From the NCBI RefSeq assembly GCF_041737865.1, contig NZ_JBGSQZ010000265.1:30870-62869 (forward strand): DNA of 32,000 bases, read 5' to 3'. The translations under genes were made by a program, and so were the position numbers. Source of the stretch: Chamaesiphon sp. (GTDB lineage Bacteria > Cyanobacteriota > Cyanobacteriia > Cyanobacteriales > Chamaesiphonaceae). The notes under the pieces are model-generated. The model saw nothing but the letters and a program-made list of their open reading frames with translations. It had not been told where the DNA came from and searched no databases. Below are positions 19,071 through 25,681 of the stretch, piece after piece (positions within the stretch are counted from its first letter, which is position 1; every line of letters starts with the position of its first letter).

Positions 19071-19097
19071 ATTATCAATTATCAATTATCAATTAAT
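19071..19097. repeat. Heptamer array, family B (ATTATCA; gene-sense TGATAAT)
   Basis: attatca x3 plus a partial unit. The ylxR stop (19082-19084) and its last 3-4 codons (LIDN) lie inside the array. Confidence 0.9.
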
Positions 19098-19393
19098 TTA
19101 AGTAACCCTAACTGCTGATAAATACCCTCATCAACTTTAGCTTTAAGAGATCTACCCAACCGATTTTTTTTCTGAGCTATTTGCAAACAGCTCGCAGTCG
19201 GACACAGATAAGCCGAGCGTCCCTGAACGAGTGTGTTACCTAGCTCGATGCTAACAGTGTGCGAGGGGTGAGATCTGATTACTCGCCAAAACTCATGTCT
19301 CGGCGCAAGTTTGCGACAACTTACACATCGACGATAATCTTTAATCACTTTCCCCTCGCCATTCAAATTCAATCCGTTCCTCTGCTTGCACAA
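19082..19393 (-). CDS. ylxR: YlxR/RnpM-family (DUF448) RNA-binding protein
   Basis: RRCVSCRKLAPRHEFWRVIR ... GRSAYLCPTASCLQIAQKKNRLGRSLKAKV matches the YlxR pattern. It lies downstream of nusA. There is no ATG start; the candidates are TTG 19393, TTG 19372 and GTG 19348. Confidence 0.8.
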   Translation of the reverse strand: MCKQRNGLNLNGEGKVIKDYRRCVSCRKLAPRHEFWRVIRSHPSHTVSIELGNTLVQGRSAYLCPTASCLQIAQKKNRLGRSLKAKVDEGIYQQLGLLKLIDN

Positions 19394-19964
19394 ATTTTAT
19401 CTCAAACAAGTCGAAGACAATCTCTCGCCCCAATAATAGCGGCACGTTAGCGATCTCTGTTAGCAGCCAAGCTATTGGAGCCTTAAAGGTACATCCATCG
19501 ATGGTTAGATCGATAATTCTTTTGACATACTCGACTTCACCCCCAACGCCTTGTCCAACTGTAATCGGTTCTCCTTTAGATATCTCAAATCCTAAAGACT
19601 CACCAACTTCTCGACTAATCAGACTTAATTGAGCACCAGGATCTACCACCATCAATATCTCTTCACTATTGGCTCCGCAGGTGAGAGTAACTGGATATAA
19701 AGGTTCCCATTCATTTCCAGTAAAGCTATGGAACTTAATCCAGTAAAACTGAACATCTGCTGTCAAAGCAGGCATCCAATCAATTAAAAATGGTTCGTCC
19801 ACCTTTTGGGCATCAGCTTTAACCTGATGATAGTCCGTTCCGGCTGCTAACAATCGCGTTGCACTATAAGCAACAAATTGACGGCGATAATTTTCTCCCA
19901 ACATCCGCCGATTTTGATTGCCCCAGCGAATAATTTCTCTAGCTTGTTCTGGAGTGGCTGTCAT
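19341..19964 (-). CDS. Hypothetical protein with a possible retropepsin-like (clan AA) aspartic protease fold in its C-terminal half
   Basis: I trimmed the 284-aa track ORF to ATG 19964 (MTATPEQAREIIRW), giving 207 aa. LMVVDPGAQLSLI resembles the hydrophobic-D-[TS]-G-A active-site motif but has Pro in place of Thr/Ser. The C-terminal LLLGREIVFDLF resembles the ILGxDxL strand. The N-terminal ~60 aa weakly recall DUF5678-type modules. All of this is recognition by eye. Confidence 0.5.
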   Translation of the reverse strand: MTATPEQAREIIRWGNQNRRMLGENYRRQFVAYSATRLLAAGTDYHQVKADAQKVDEPFLIDWMPALTADVQFYWIKFHSFTGNEWEPLYPVTLTCGANSEEILMVVDPGAQLSLISREVGESLGFEISKGEPITVGQGVGGEVEYVKRIIDLTIDGCTFKAPIAWLLTEIANVPLLLGREIVFDLFEIKFVQAEERIEFEWRGESD

Positions 19965-20009
19965 AGTTTCAGTGTGAAGTGATGACTGGTGATTTCCATC
20001 CGGTGGCGT

Positions 20010-20100
20010 GACCGGACTAAAACTGTGGGTAAAGCGATCGCTCAAAATATTACTGATTGTAATTTTCAGAGCTCTGAATGCCCACAGTTTTAGTCTGGTC
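20010..20100. repeat. MITE-like unit: 20-bp terminal inverted repeats (1 mismatch) around a 51-nt core
   Basis: 20012-20029 ccggactaaaactgtggg versus 20081-20098 cccacagttttagtctgg, 17 of 18 complementary plus 2 flanking pairs. The core contains HIP1 GCGATCGC at 20034-20041. Confidence 0.7.
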
Positions 20101-20162
20101 GTCCCACTACTGGCTCGACACTCCCACCCTAGAAACCCAATTATCTGCTTGGTGCAACACAT

Positions 20163-20179
20163 GCGGAGGTTTCCTCCGC
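20163..20179 (-). terminator. GC-rich stem-loop 31 nt downstream of the nusA stop
   Basis: GCGGAGG ttt CCTCCGC, a 7-bp stem. No U tract follows on the minus strand, so this may be a weak terminator or a processing/stability hairpin. Confidence 0.35.
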
Positions 20180-20193
20180 GTGATTGCATCCGC

Positions 20194-20221
20194 AATTATC
20201 AATTATCAATTAATAATTATC
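20194..20221. repeat. Heptamer array, family B (AATTATC x4; gene-sense GATAATT)
   Basis: aattatc aattatc aattaat aattatc. It overlaps the nusA stop (20210-20212) and the last codons D-N-Y. Confidence 0.9.
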
Positions 20222-21505
20222 TTCCGCATATCCAGCATCTTGATAATCAGGCTGATAGCGGGATTGATATTCTGAATCAGCTCGGCGTTGGGATTCAACT
20301 TCAGCCATGGCTGCAACGGGGTCGTATTTAGCACTATCTTTGATATCAATTTTCCAGCCAGTCAACCGCGCCGCCAGCCGGACATTTTGCCCTTCTTTAC
20401 CGATGGCTAGACTCAATTGATCGATAGGGACTAATACGTGTGCTTGACGACCATCTGGATTGACCAATCGTACTTCATCAATTCGGGCGGGACTAAGCGC
20501 GTTCGAGATATAAGTAGAAGGATCTGGCGACCAGCGAATCACATCGATTTTCTCGCCTTGCAATTCATTTACCACTACTTGAATCCGCGAACCGCGCGCG
20601 CCGATACAAGCACCTACGGGGTCTACGTCGCCCTCTAAGGTGTCTACAGCGATCTTTGTGCGGGGGCCGACATGACGCGAGGGAGGGCTGGCTTCTCGCG
20701 CTACAGCGACGATTCTGACTAGTTCTTCTTCGATTTCGGGGACTTCATTGGCAAAGAGTTCGACGACCAATCCGGCTGCGCCACGAGAGACGAGGAGTTG
20801 AGGGCCGCGTTGGGAGCCTTCGCGCACCTGTTTGAGGAAGACTTTAAATGTCCGGCCGATTCGGTAGTTATCGTTAGGTAGTTGCTCTTTTTGAGGAAGT
20901 TCAGCTTCGACATCTGGCTGTCCAAAACTACTACTGACAGATAAAATTACTGATTGACGTTCAAATCTGAGTACCTTTCCCATTAGAGAGGTACCTTCAA
21001 ATTGCTCAAATTCTTCTTGAATGATTTTGCGTTGTTGATCTCGGAGTTTTTGGGCGAGAACTTGTTTTGCTTGAATCGCCGCCATCCGTCCGAAATCTTC
21101 GCGTTCTGGTGTAACATCCAAGACGACAGAATCGCCAATTTGGGCAAATTGTTCCTCGGATAGATCCGATGCGGATTCTTGCTGGATATTCTTGACTTCA
21201 CTCAAAGAAATCTCCCGATCTTCATCGGTGACTTCTTCGACGATCGTTTTGGTAGCGACAACTTGAAAAGCCTCTTCATCGAGGTCCAAAAATACATCGA
21301 AGTTGTCGAAATGATCTTCATCAAACTGCATCTGGTCTAGATGTTGCGACCTGCGATAGCGTTCGTAACCCTTGAGTAGAGCTTCGCGTAGTGCTGTTTG
21401 GACGGCAGAACTAGGTAAGTTGCGATCCTTACTGATTTCCTCAATCATGTTTTTTAATTGAGGTAAACCAACGTTACTTTTTTTCGGCTGTTTAGATTTT
21501 GGCAT
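20210..21505 (-). CDS. nusA: Transcription termination/antitermination factor NusA
   Basis: 431-aa ORF. N-terminal NusA domain (TALREALLKGYERY), an S1 region, and KH motifs DPVGACIGARGSRIQ and AIGKEGQNVRLAARLTGWKIDI. Confidence 0.95.
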   Translation of the reverse strand: MPKSKQPKKSNVGLPQLKNMIEEISKDRNLPSSAVQTALREALLKGYERYRRSQHLDQMQFDEDHFDNFDVFLDLDEEAFQVVATKTIVEEVTDEDREISLSEVKNIQQESASDLSEEQFAQIGDSVVLDVTPEREDFGRMAAIQAKQVLAQKLRDQQRKIIQEEFEQFEGTSLMGKVLRFERQSVILSVSSSFGQPDVEAELPQKEQLPNDNYRIGRTFKVFLKQVREGSQRGPQLLVSRGAAGLVVELFANEVPEIEEELVRIVAVAREASPPSRHVGPRTKIAVDTLEGDVDPVGACIGARGSRIQVVVNELQGEKIDVIRWSPDPSTYISNALSPARIDEVRLVNPDGRQAHVLVPIDQLSLAIGKEGQNVRLAARLTGWKIDIKDSAKYDPVAAMAEVESQRRADSEYQSRYQPDYQDAGYAEDNY

Positions 21506-21570
21506 AATTTTTAATTAGATAATGTTTAAATATTTTAATTCTAGCTATATGGTAAAAAATTACCTTTTAA

Positions 21571-22038
21571 CTAAGCAGGTTGTTGGTCGTCTAAAGAAAC
21601 TTTGCTGACCAATTCTCTGGGGATTTCAACTGTTCGTCCTTTTAGACTCAGATAAATTTTCGTATCGTCGCGACGAATTAATTGTCCTTGCCACTCAGTT
21701 TTTTTGTCCACGGGTTGGTGAGTAGTTACCTGTACCGCAAAGCCACTAAAAGCGTTAAACTCTCGATCGGTAGTTAGTTGTCTACTAGTACCAGGACTAG
21801 AAACCTCCAGCGCATAAGGAAAGGGAATCGTCTCACTAGTGTCGAGTGCTGCTTCTAGAGCGCGACTCATGCGTTCGCAGTCTTGGAGTCCAGTCTCAGC
21901 AGCCGGATTGCGAATATCGATCCGTAGGCATGGTGGACGTTCGTGGGTATGAAAGATGACGGCAACTACTTCTAGTCCCAATTCTGTGGCGATTGGGGTA
22001 GCAATATCGGTGATTTGGGGGATGAGGGGATGAGCCAT
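21571..22038 (-). CDS. rimP: Ribosome maturation factor RimP
   Basis: 155-aa ORF. LGLEVVAV...LRIDIRNP...DCERMSRALEAALD matches the RimP N-domain pattern. It lies directly upstream of nusA. Confidence 0.9.
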   Translation of the reverse strand: MAHPLIPQITDIATPIATELGLEVVAVIFHTHERPPCLRIDIRNPAAETGLQDCERMSRALEAALDTSETIPFPYALEVSSPGTSRQLTTDREFNAFSGFAVQVTTHQPVDKKTEWQGQLIRRDDTKIYLSLKGRTVEIPRELVSKVSLDDQQPA

Positions 22039-22250
22039 AAGTGTGGCAAAAACTAGGAACTAGTGGCTATTTTTAGGGGTAACGATCGAATATGGGTAGT
22101 AGCTAATTTCAATATCGAGCGATCGCAAGCTGGATCGGATTGCTGGTGATTCAAGTCATTGTTTACTATTGTTTGCTGTCGATCGAGGACACCATTGCCA
22201 TTCTGGTTAGAAAAAGGCGATGTCAACAGCTCGTGCTTTTGAGCGGTAAC

Positions 22251-22281
22251 AAACAACAAAAAAAGTGGGGTTCGACCCACT
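22251..22281 (-). terminator. Canonical intrinsic terminator on the minus strand, ~210 nt upstream of rimP
   Basis: Minus-strand sense: AGTGGG tcgaac CCCACT followed by TTTTTTTGTTGTTTG. The 6-bp stem is 22264-22269 / 22276-22281, and the plus-strand A run ends at 22263. Confidence 0.7.
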
Positions 22282-22337
22282 CCTGGTAATTTATTATTCC
22301 AAGAAGCATAGGGGCAAATTATTTTAACTTGCCCCTA
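22251..22337 (-). ncRNA. Candidate ~85-nt two-hairpin small RNA or rimP-nusA leader attenuator
   Basis: A 9-bp 5' hairpin (22309-22317 / 22329-22337), a 27-nt linker, then the terminator hairpin and U tract. A possible promoter lies just upstream on the minus strand: -35 TTTACT (22372-22367), an 18-nt spacer, and -10 TAATAT (22348-22343). Confidence 0.35.
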
Positions 22338-22412
22338 CTTTTATATTAGCAGAGTTTTGATTCAAGAGTAAAATAGTAACCGTCGGTGAAACCTTTCGCT
22401 TGGATTGGAAAT

Positions 22413-23051
22413 ATGACTCTAAATCTCTACTTTCTCCGCCACGGACAAACTGCATCCAGTCGCGGCAATTTATTTTGTGGATCGATCGATCCAGCTCTGA
22501 CTCCTGATGGTGAAGAAATGGCAGATATATTTGCTAAAGTGTATGCCAGCACTCCTTGGGAAGCAATTTATTGTAGTCCTAAAGAACGCGCAATTTTGAC
22601 AGCAGAACCACTCGCTAACGCGCTGAAAATGGAATTACAACTGCGCGATGGATTGCAGGAGATTAATTATGGGGTGTGGGAAGGCAAAGATGTGGCTACG
22701 GTCGATCGAGATTATCATGATGACTATCTGCGCTGGTTGGCAGATCCGGCGTGGAATCCACCCACAGGCGGAGAGTCAGCAATGGCAATCGCTGCCCGCG
22801 CTCTAGCTGTAGTCGAGGAGATCAGTCAGCACCACACCACTGGCAATGTTTTGGTAGTATCCCATAAGGCGACGATTCGGATCTTGTTGTGCAGTCTGCT
22901 GGGTATCGATGCTGGGCGATTTCGCTATCGGTTGGGGATGCCAGTATGTAGCGTAAGTATTGTGGAGTTTGGGACGCATGGGCCGTTATTAAAGACACTA
23001 GCAGATCGATCGCATTTGACCGATCGATTGCGCGATTTACCTGGAACTTAG
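22413..23051 (+). CDS. Histidine phosphatase superfamily protein (phosphoglycerate mutase-like)
   Basis: LYFLRHGQT catalytic RHG motif and a later VVSHKATIR His motif. I chose ATG 22413 (MTLNLYFLRHG) over the track's GTG 22386. Confidence 0.85.
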   Translation: MTLNLYFLRHGQTASSRGNLFCGSIDPALTPDGEEMADIFAKVYASTPWEAIYCSPKERAILTAEPLANALKMELQLRDGLQEINYGVWEGKDVATVDRDYHDDYLRWLADPAWNPPTGGESAMAIAARALAVVEEISQHHTTGNVLVVSHKATIRILLCSLLGIDAGRFRYRLGMPVCSVSIVEFGTHGPLLKTLADRSHLTDRLRDLPGT

Positions 23052-23052
23052 A

Positions 23053-23096
23053 CTTTAGGTTTTAGGTTTTAGGTTTTAGGTTTTAGGCTTTAGGGG
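23053..23096. repeat. Heptamer array, family A (TTTTAGG x4, then CTTTAGG)
   Basis: ctttaggttttaggttttaggttttaggttttaggctttaggggg, starting 2 nt after the phosphatase stop. Confidence 0.9.
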
Positions 23097-23170
23097 GAGA
23101 GGGTAAAGGAGATAGGATATGGAACCAGGAATAGATATCGATCCTCCCAGGTGGTAAAACGCAAGCGGTT

Positions 23171-23193
23171 TACCACCATCCACCATCCACCTC
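23171..23193. repeat. Heptamer array, family E (CCACCAT/CCATCCA)
   Basis: taccaccatccaccatccacctc, abutting the ABC permease stop (23193-23195). Confidence 0.85.
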
Positions 23194-24029
23194 TATTCCT
23201 TAATCCCCGTACTGGCAACTCCTTGAATAAACTGTTTCTGTCCGAGTAGAAATAGCAACACAATTGGGACTGTAGCAATGCCAACGGCTGCCATGAGGAG
23301 TTGCCAGCTATTGGTAAATTGTTCTTGAAATTCAGCTAGAGCCAGTTGCACGGTGCGTAGTTCGGGACGAGTGGTAAAAATCAGGGGTTTGAATAAGTCG
23401 TTCCATTCACCGATGAAGGTAAATAGAAATAGTGTTACCAGCGCGGGGCGGGATAGGGGGAGGATAATCCGCCAGAGAATTTGTAACCGATTGGCACCAT
23501 CTAGACTAGCCGCTTGTTCGAGTTCCACGGGGATGGTAAGGAAAAATTGACGCAGGAGGAAAATACCGAAGCCACTGGCGGCGGTGGGGAGAATCAGGCT
23601 GCTATAGGTATTGAGAAGATGCCCCCACTTGAGAATCAGGAAGATCGGAATAACCAAAAGTTGAAAGGGAATCACTAGGGTAGCTAGTACCAGCAATAGT
23701 AATGCTTGACGACCTCGAAATTTTAGCCGCGCTAGGGCGTAACCTGCTAGCGCAGATGTAAAAATCTGTGCTGCCGTCACAGCTAGGGCGACAAAAGTTG
23801 AATTGGCAAAGGCGAGGAGGAAATTACCTTGACTCCAAGCGGCTTGATAGTTGGCAAAAGTAATCTGGGTGGGCAGCTTAAAGCCAGTCGCTAGTTCGCC
23901 TACAGGGGTAATTGAGGTGATGAAAACGACTGCTAATGGAGCCATCATGATGCCAGCACCACCGAGTAGGAGTAGCCAGTTAAAAATTTGCCACCATCGA
24001 AAATAGCTGGGATTGGATAACTTGTGCAC
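23193..24029 (-). CDS. Carbohydrate-type ABC transporter permease (MalG/UgpE-like)
   Basis: 278-aa ORF with six hydrophobic segments and the EAA loop [27 protein letters not shown]. No partner permease, ATPase or binding protein is present in this window. Confidence 0.88.
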   Translation of the reverse strand: MHKLSNPSYFRWWQIFNWLLLLGGAGIMMAPLAVVFITSITPVGELATGFKLPTQITFANYQAAWSQGNFLLAFANSTFVALAVTAAQIFTSALAGYALARLKFRGRQALLLLVLATLVIPFQLLVIPIFLILKWGHLLNTYSSLILPTAASGFGIFLLRQFFLTIPVELEQAASLDGANRLQILWRIILPLSRPALVTLFLFTFIGEWNDLFKPLIFTTRPELRTVQLALAEFQEQFTNSWQLLMAAVGIATVPIVLLFLLGQKQFIQGVASTGIKE

Positions 24030-24199
24030 GGTTTCGTCTCCGATCGGTTAAGATAGTGAGGTTTGGAAGTAGCAATAAATCTTTAGATAAGCTGGCAAAA
24101 CGTTACAATGATTGTACGTGTTCCCATGACAGGTTTTGCCACCAATCGGCTCAACGTAAAATTAAATATTATTCGGACATATTAGGAGAAATCGAACTT

Positions 24200-24895
24200 A
24201 TGGTGCAGATTGCAGCCAGTTTGGAACTTAACTTTGCAAGCGAAACCTACAAAGATGCCTACAGTCGCATCAATGCGATCGTGATCGAAGGCGAGCAGGA
24301 AGCGCATGAAAACTATGTTACTCTGGGCGGAATGTTACCAGACTCCCAGGACGATCTAGTTAAGTTGTCCAAAATGGAGCTGCGGCACAAGAAGGGCTTT
24401 GAAGCCTGTGCGCGGAATCTATCAGTAACTCCCGATCTGGGGTTTGCTAAAGAATTTTTTGCTCAGTTGCACGAAAATTTCCAGATTGCTGCTGCTGCGG
24501 GAAATACTGTTACCTGTCTGTTGATTCAATCCTTGATTATCGAGTGTTTTGCGATCGCTGCTTACAATATCTACATTCCTGTTGCCGATAGTTTCGCCCG
24601 CAAGATTACTGAAGGCGTAGTCAAAGAGGAATATCTACACCTCAATTTTGGCGAAGTCTGGCTGCACGATAATTTTGAAGCATCCAAAACTGAACTCCAA
24701 ACTGCCAATCGTCAAAATCTGCCCTTGGTTTGGAAGATGTTGAACAATGTCGCCAAAGATGCCAAGGTGTTGGGGATGGAGAAGGATGCACTGATTGAAG
24801 ATTTTATGATTGCCTATGGTGAGGCTTTAAATAATATTGGTTTCAGTACTGGCGAAATCATGCGGATGTCCGCGTATGGTTTGATGGGGGCGTAG
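24200..24895 (+). CDS. ado: Aldehyde-deformylating oxygenase (alkane biosynthesis)
   Basis: 231 aa from ATG 24200, with AGGAG at 24184-24188. [46 protein letters not shown] and [12 protein letters not shown] are the di-iron ferritin-like ADO signature. The track's upstream extension (24056) is rejected. Confidence 0.95.
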   Translation: MVQIAASLELNFASETYKDAYSRINAIVIEGEQEAHENYVTLGGMLPDSQDDLVKLSKMELRHKKGFEACARNLSVTPDLGFAKEFFAQLHENFQIAAAAGNTVTCLLIQSLIIECFAIAAYNIYIPVADSFARKITEGVVKEEYLHLNFGEVWLHDNFEASKTELQTANRQNLPLVWKMLNNVAKDAKVLGMEKDALIEDFMIAYGEALNNIGFSTGEIMRMSAYGLMGA

Positions 24896-25063
24896 CTATT
24901 CGATCGTCTCAGAGGTTGTGTTGGTCGATAAATATTAGTCGTCGCAGATCGGCAAGCGATGGGAACTTATAGAAGCCATTTGAGATTTTCTTGTGAGACG
25001 CTAATCGGTAGGCGATGAGAATTTGTGGGATTCGGGTTTTATTTGTGTGGGCAAAAACCGGAT

Positions 25064-25118
25064 CTGGGGGTTCCGACCCCCAGACCCCCCTTTGAGAGGC
25101 GGAACGCCGCCCCTCAAA
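25064..25118. other. Two adjacent GC-rich hairpins
   Basis: CTGGGGG ttccga CCCCCAG (25064-25083), then TTTGAGaGGCGG aacg CCGCCcCTCAAA (25091-25118). Confidence 0.75.
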
Positions 25119-25303
25119 CTCCCCTGCGTATGGATGGCATGTGTGAAGCTTGGAGCGGCATTCACTTTACTCTAGATTGTAGTTGGGGGTTGCTTGACTA
25201 GAATTTAGTCCAGGCATAAATCTCATCAATATCTGTCGAAGCTTGCGCGACGACTTTCGTCGTTCGATTTCTCCTGAAAGGATCTTAAATGGGTTCTAAG
25301 TAA

Positions 25304-25328
25304 GGCTTGCTGAAGATCTCAGCAAGCC
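25304..25328. other. 10-bp perfect hairpin GGCTTGCTGA agatc TCAGCAAGCC
   Basis: Read directly. A third copy of TCAGCAAGCC lies at about 25503-25512. Confidence 0.8.
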
Positions 25329-25334
25329 AATCAC

Positions 25335-25406
25335 TGCAAGGGTTTTGAGCCTTTTTTCAGAAATTAAGTGCAAGGTTTTGACGTTGAAAGGCTTAAAACC
25401 CTTGCA
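25335..25406. repeat. MITE-like unit: 20-bp inverted repeats (1 mismatch) with a 32-nt spacer
   Basis: 25335-25354 tgcaagggttttgagccttt versus 25387-25406 aaaggcttaaaacccttgca. The spacer contains a third partial copy (gtgcaaggttttgacg). Confidence 0.8.
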
Positions 25407-25435
25407 CTCGATCGCTTGAATCTGGCGATCGAGTG
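25405..25435. other. 11-bp perfect hairpin built on CGATCG cores (CACTCGATCGC ... GCGATCGAGTG)
   Basis: Read directly; 9-nt loop. Confidence 0.8.
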
Positions 25436-25599
25436 AGAATATTTGCAACAAAACCATTCTTTAGCAAGGAGTTCAGGCTTTAGAACAGCATCAGGGACTA
25501 ATTCAGCAAGCCCTAAGTAGTTATCTAAATTAACATCACTAGACCTCCTGCGAAAGTAAAAACAAAATCTTTTCTAGCATTGTTTTCGTCGAGATCTTT

Positions 25600-25627
25600 C
25601 CCTAAAGCCTAAAGCCTAAAGCCTAAC
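25600..25627. repeat. Heptamer array, family A in the opposite orientation (CCTAAAG x3)
   Basis: ccctaaagcctaaagcctaaagcctaac, lying 55 nt downstream (gene sense) of the WD40 gene stop. It is flanked by a 9-bp inverted repeat at 25549-25557 / 25633-25641. Confidence 0.9.
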
Positions 25628-25681
25628 ACCTGACTTTCGCAAGAAGTCTAATGTTTCCGAATAGATCGACTCGATGTGGAA

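Noticed and set aside
19965-20195. 77-codon upstream extension of the protease-like ORF (MRMQSRGGNLRMCC...)
   Set aside because: It runs through the nusA-proximal hairpin, the MITE-like inverted repeat and the family-B array. The first ATG after these elements (19964) gives a sensible start.
22053-22280. 75-aa minus-strand ORF upstream of rimP
   Set aside because: Its start lies inside the terminator hairpin and U tract, its composition is odd, and it has no motif. I treat the region as leader or noncoding.
22264-22281. GGGGTTCGACCC resembles a tRNA T-arm, so I considered a tRNA (E. coli has metY upstream of rimP)
   Set aside because: The loop is 6 nt instead of 7. The upstream sequence is an A run, with no acceptor, D or anticodon arms. 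On the minus strand it is a textbook terminator.
23090-23284. 64-aa minus-strand ORF (..[13 protein letters not shown]..)
   Set aside because: It overlaps the permease 3' end out of frame and is translated through the family-E and family-A arrays, producing the same GGWWMV artefact as the false pilT extension.
24056-24199. 48-codon upstream extension of ado
   Set aside because: ADO homology starts at [12 protein letters not shown] (ATG 24200), which has an AGGAG 12 nt upstream. The extension has no match to ADO.
24896-25681. Possible aar pseudogene remnants downstream of ado
   Set aside because: I could not recognise any AAR-like peptide stretch in any frame by eye. This is a weak negative and needs tblastn, so absence is reported only as a finding to check.
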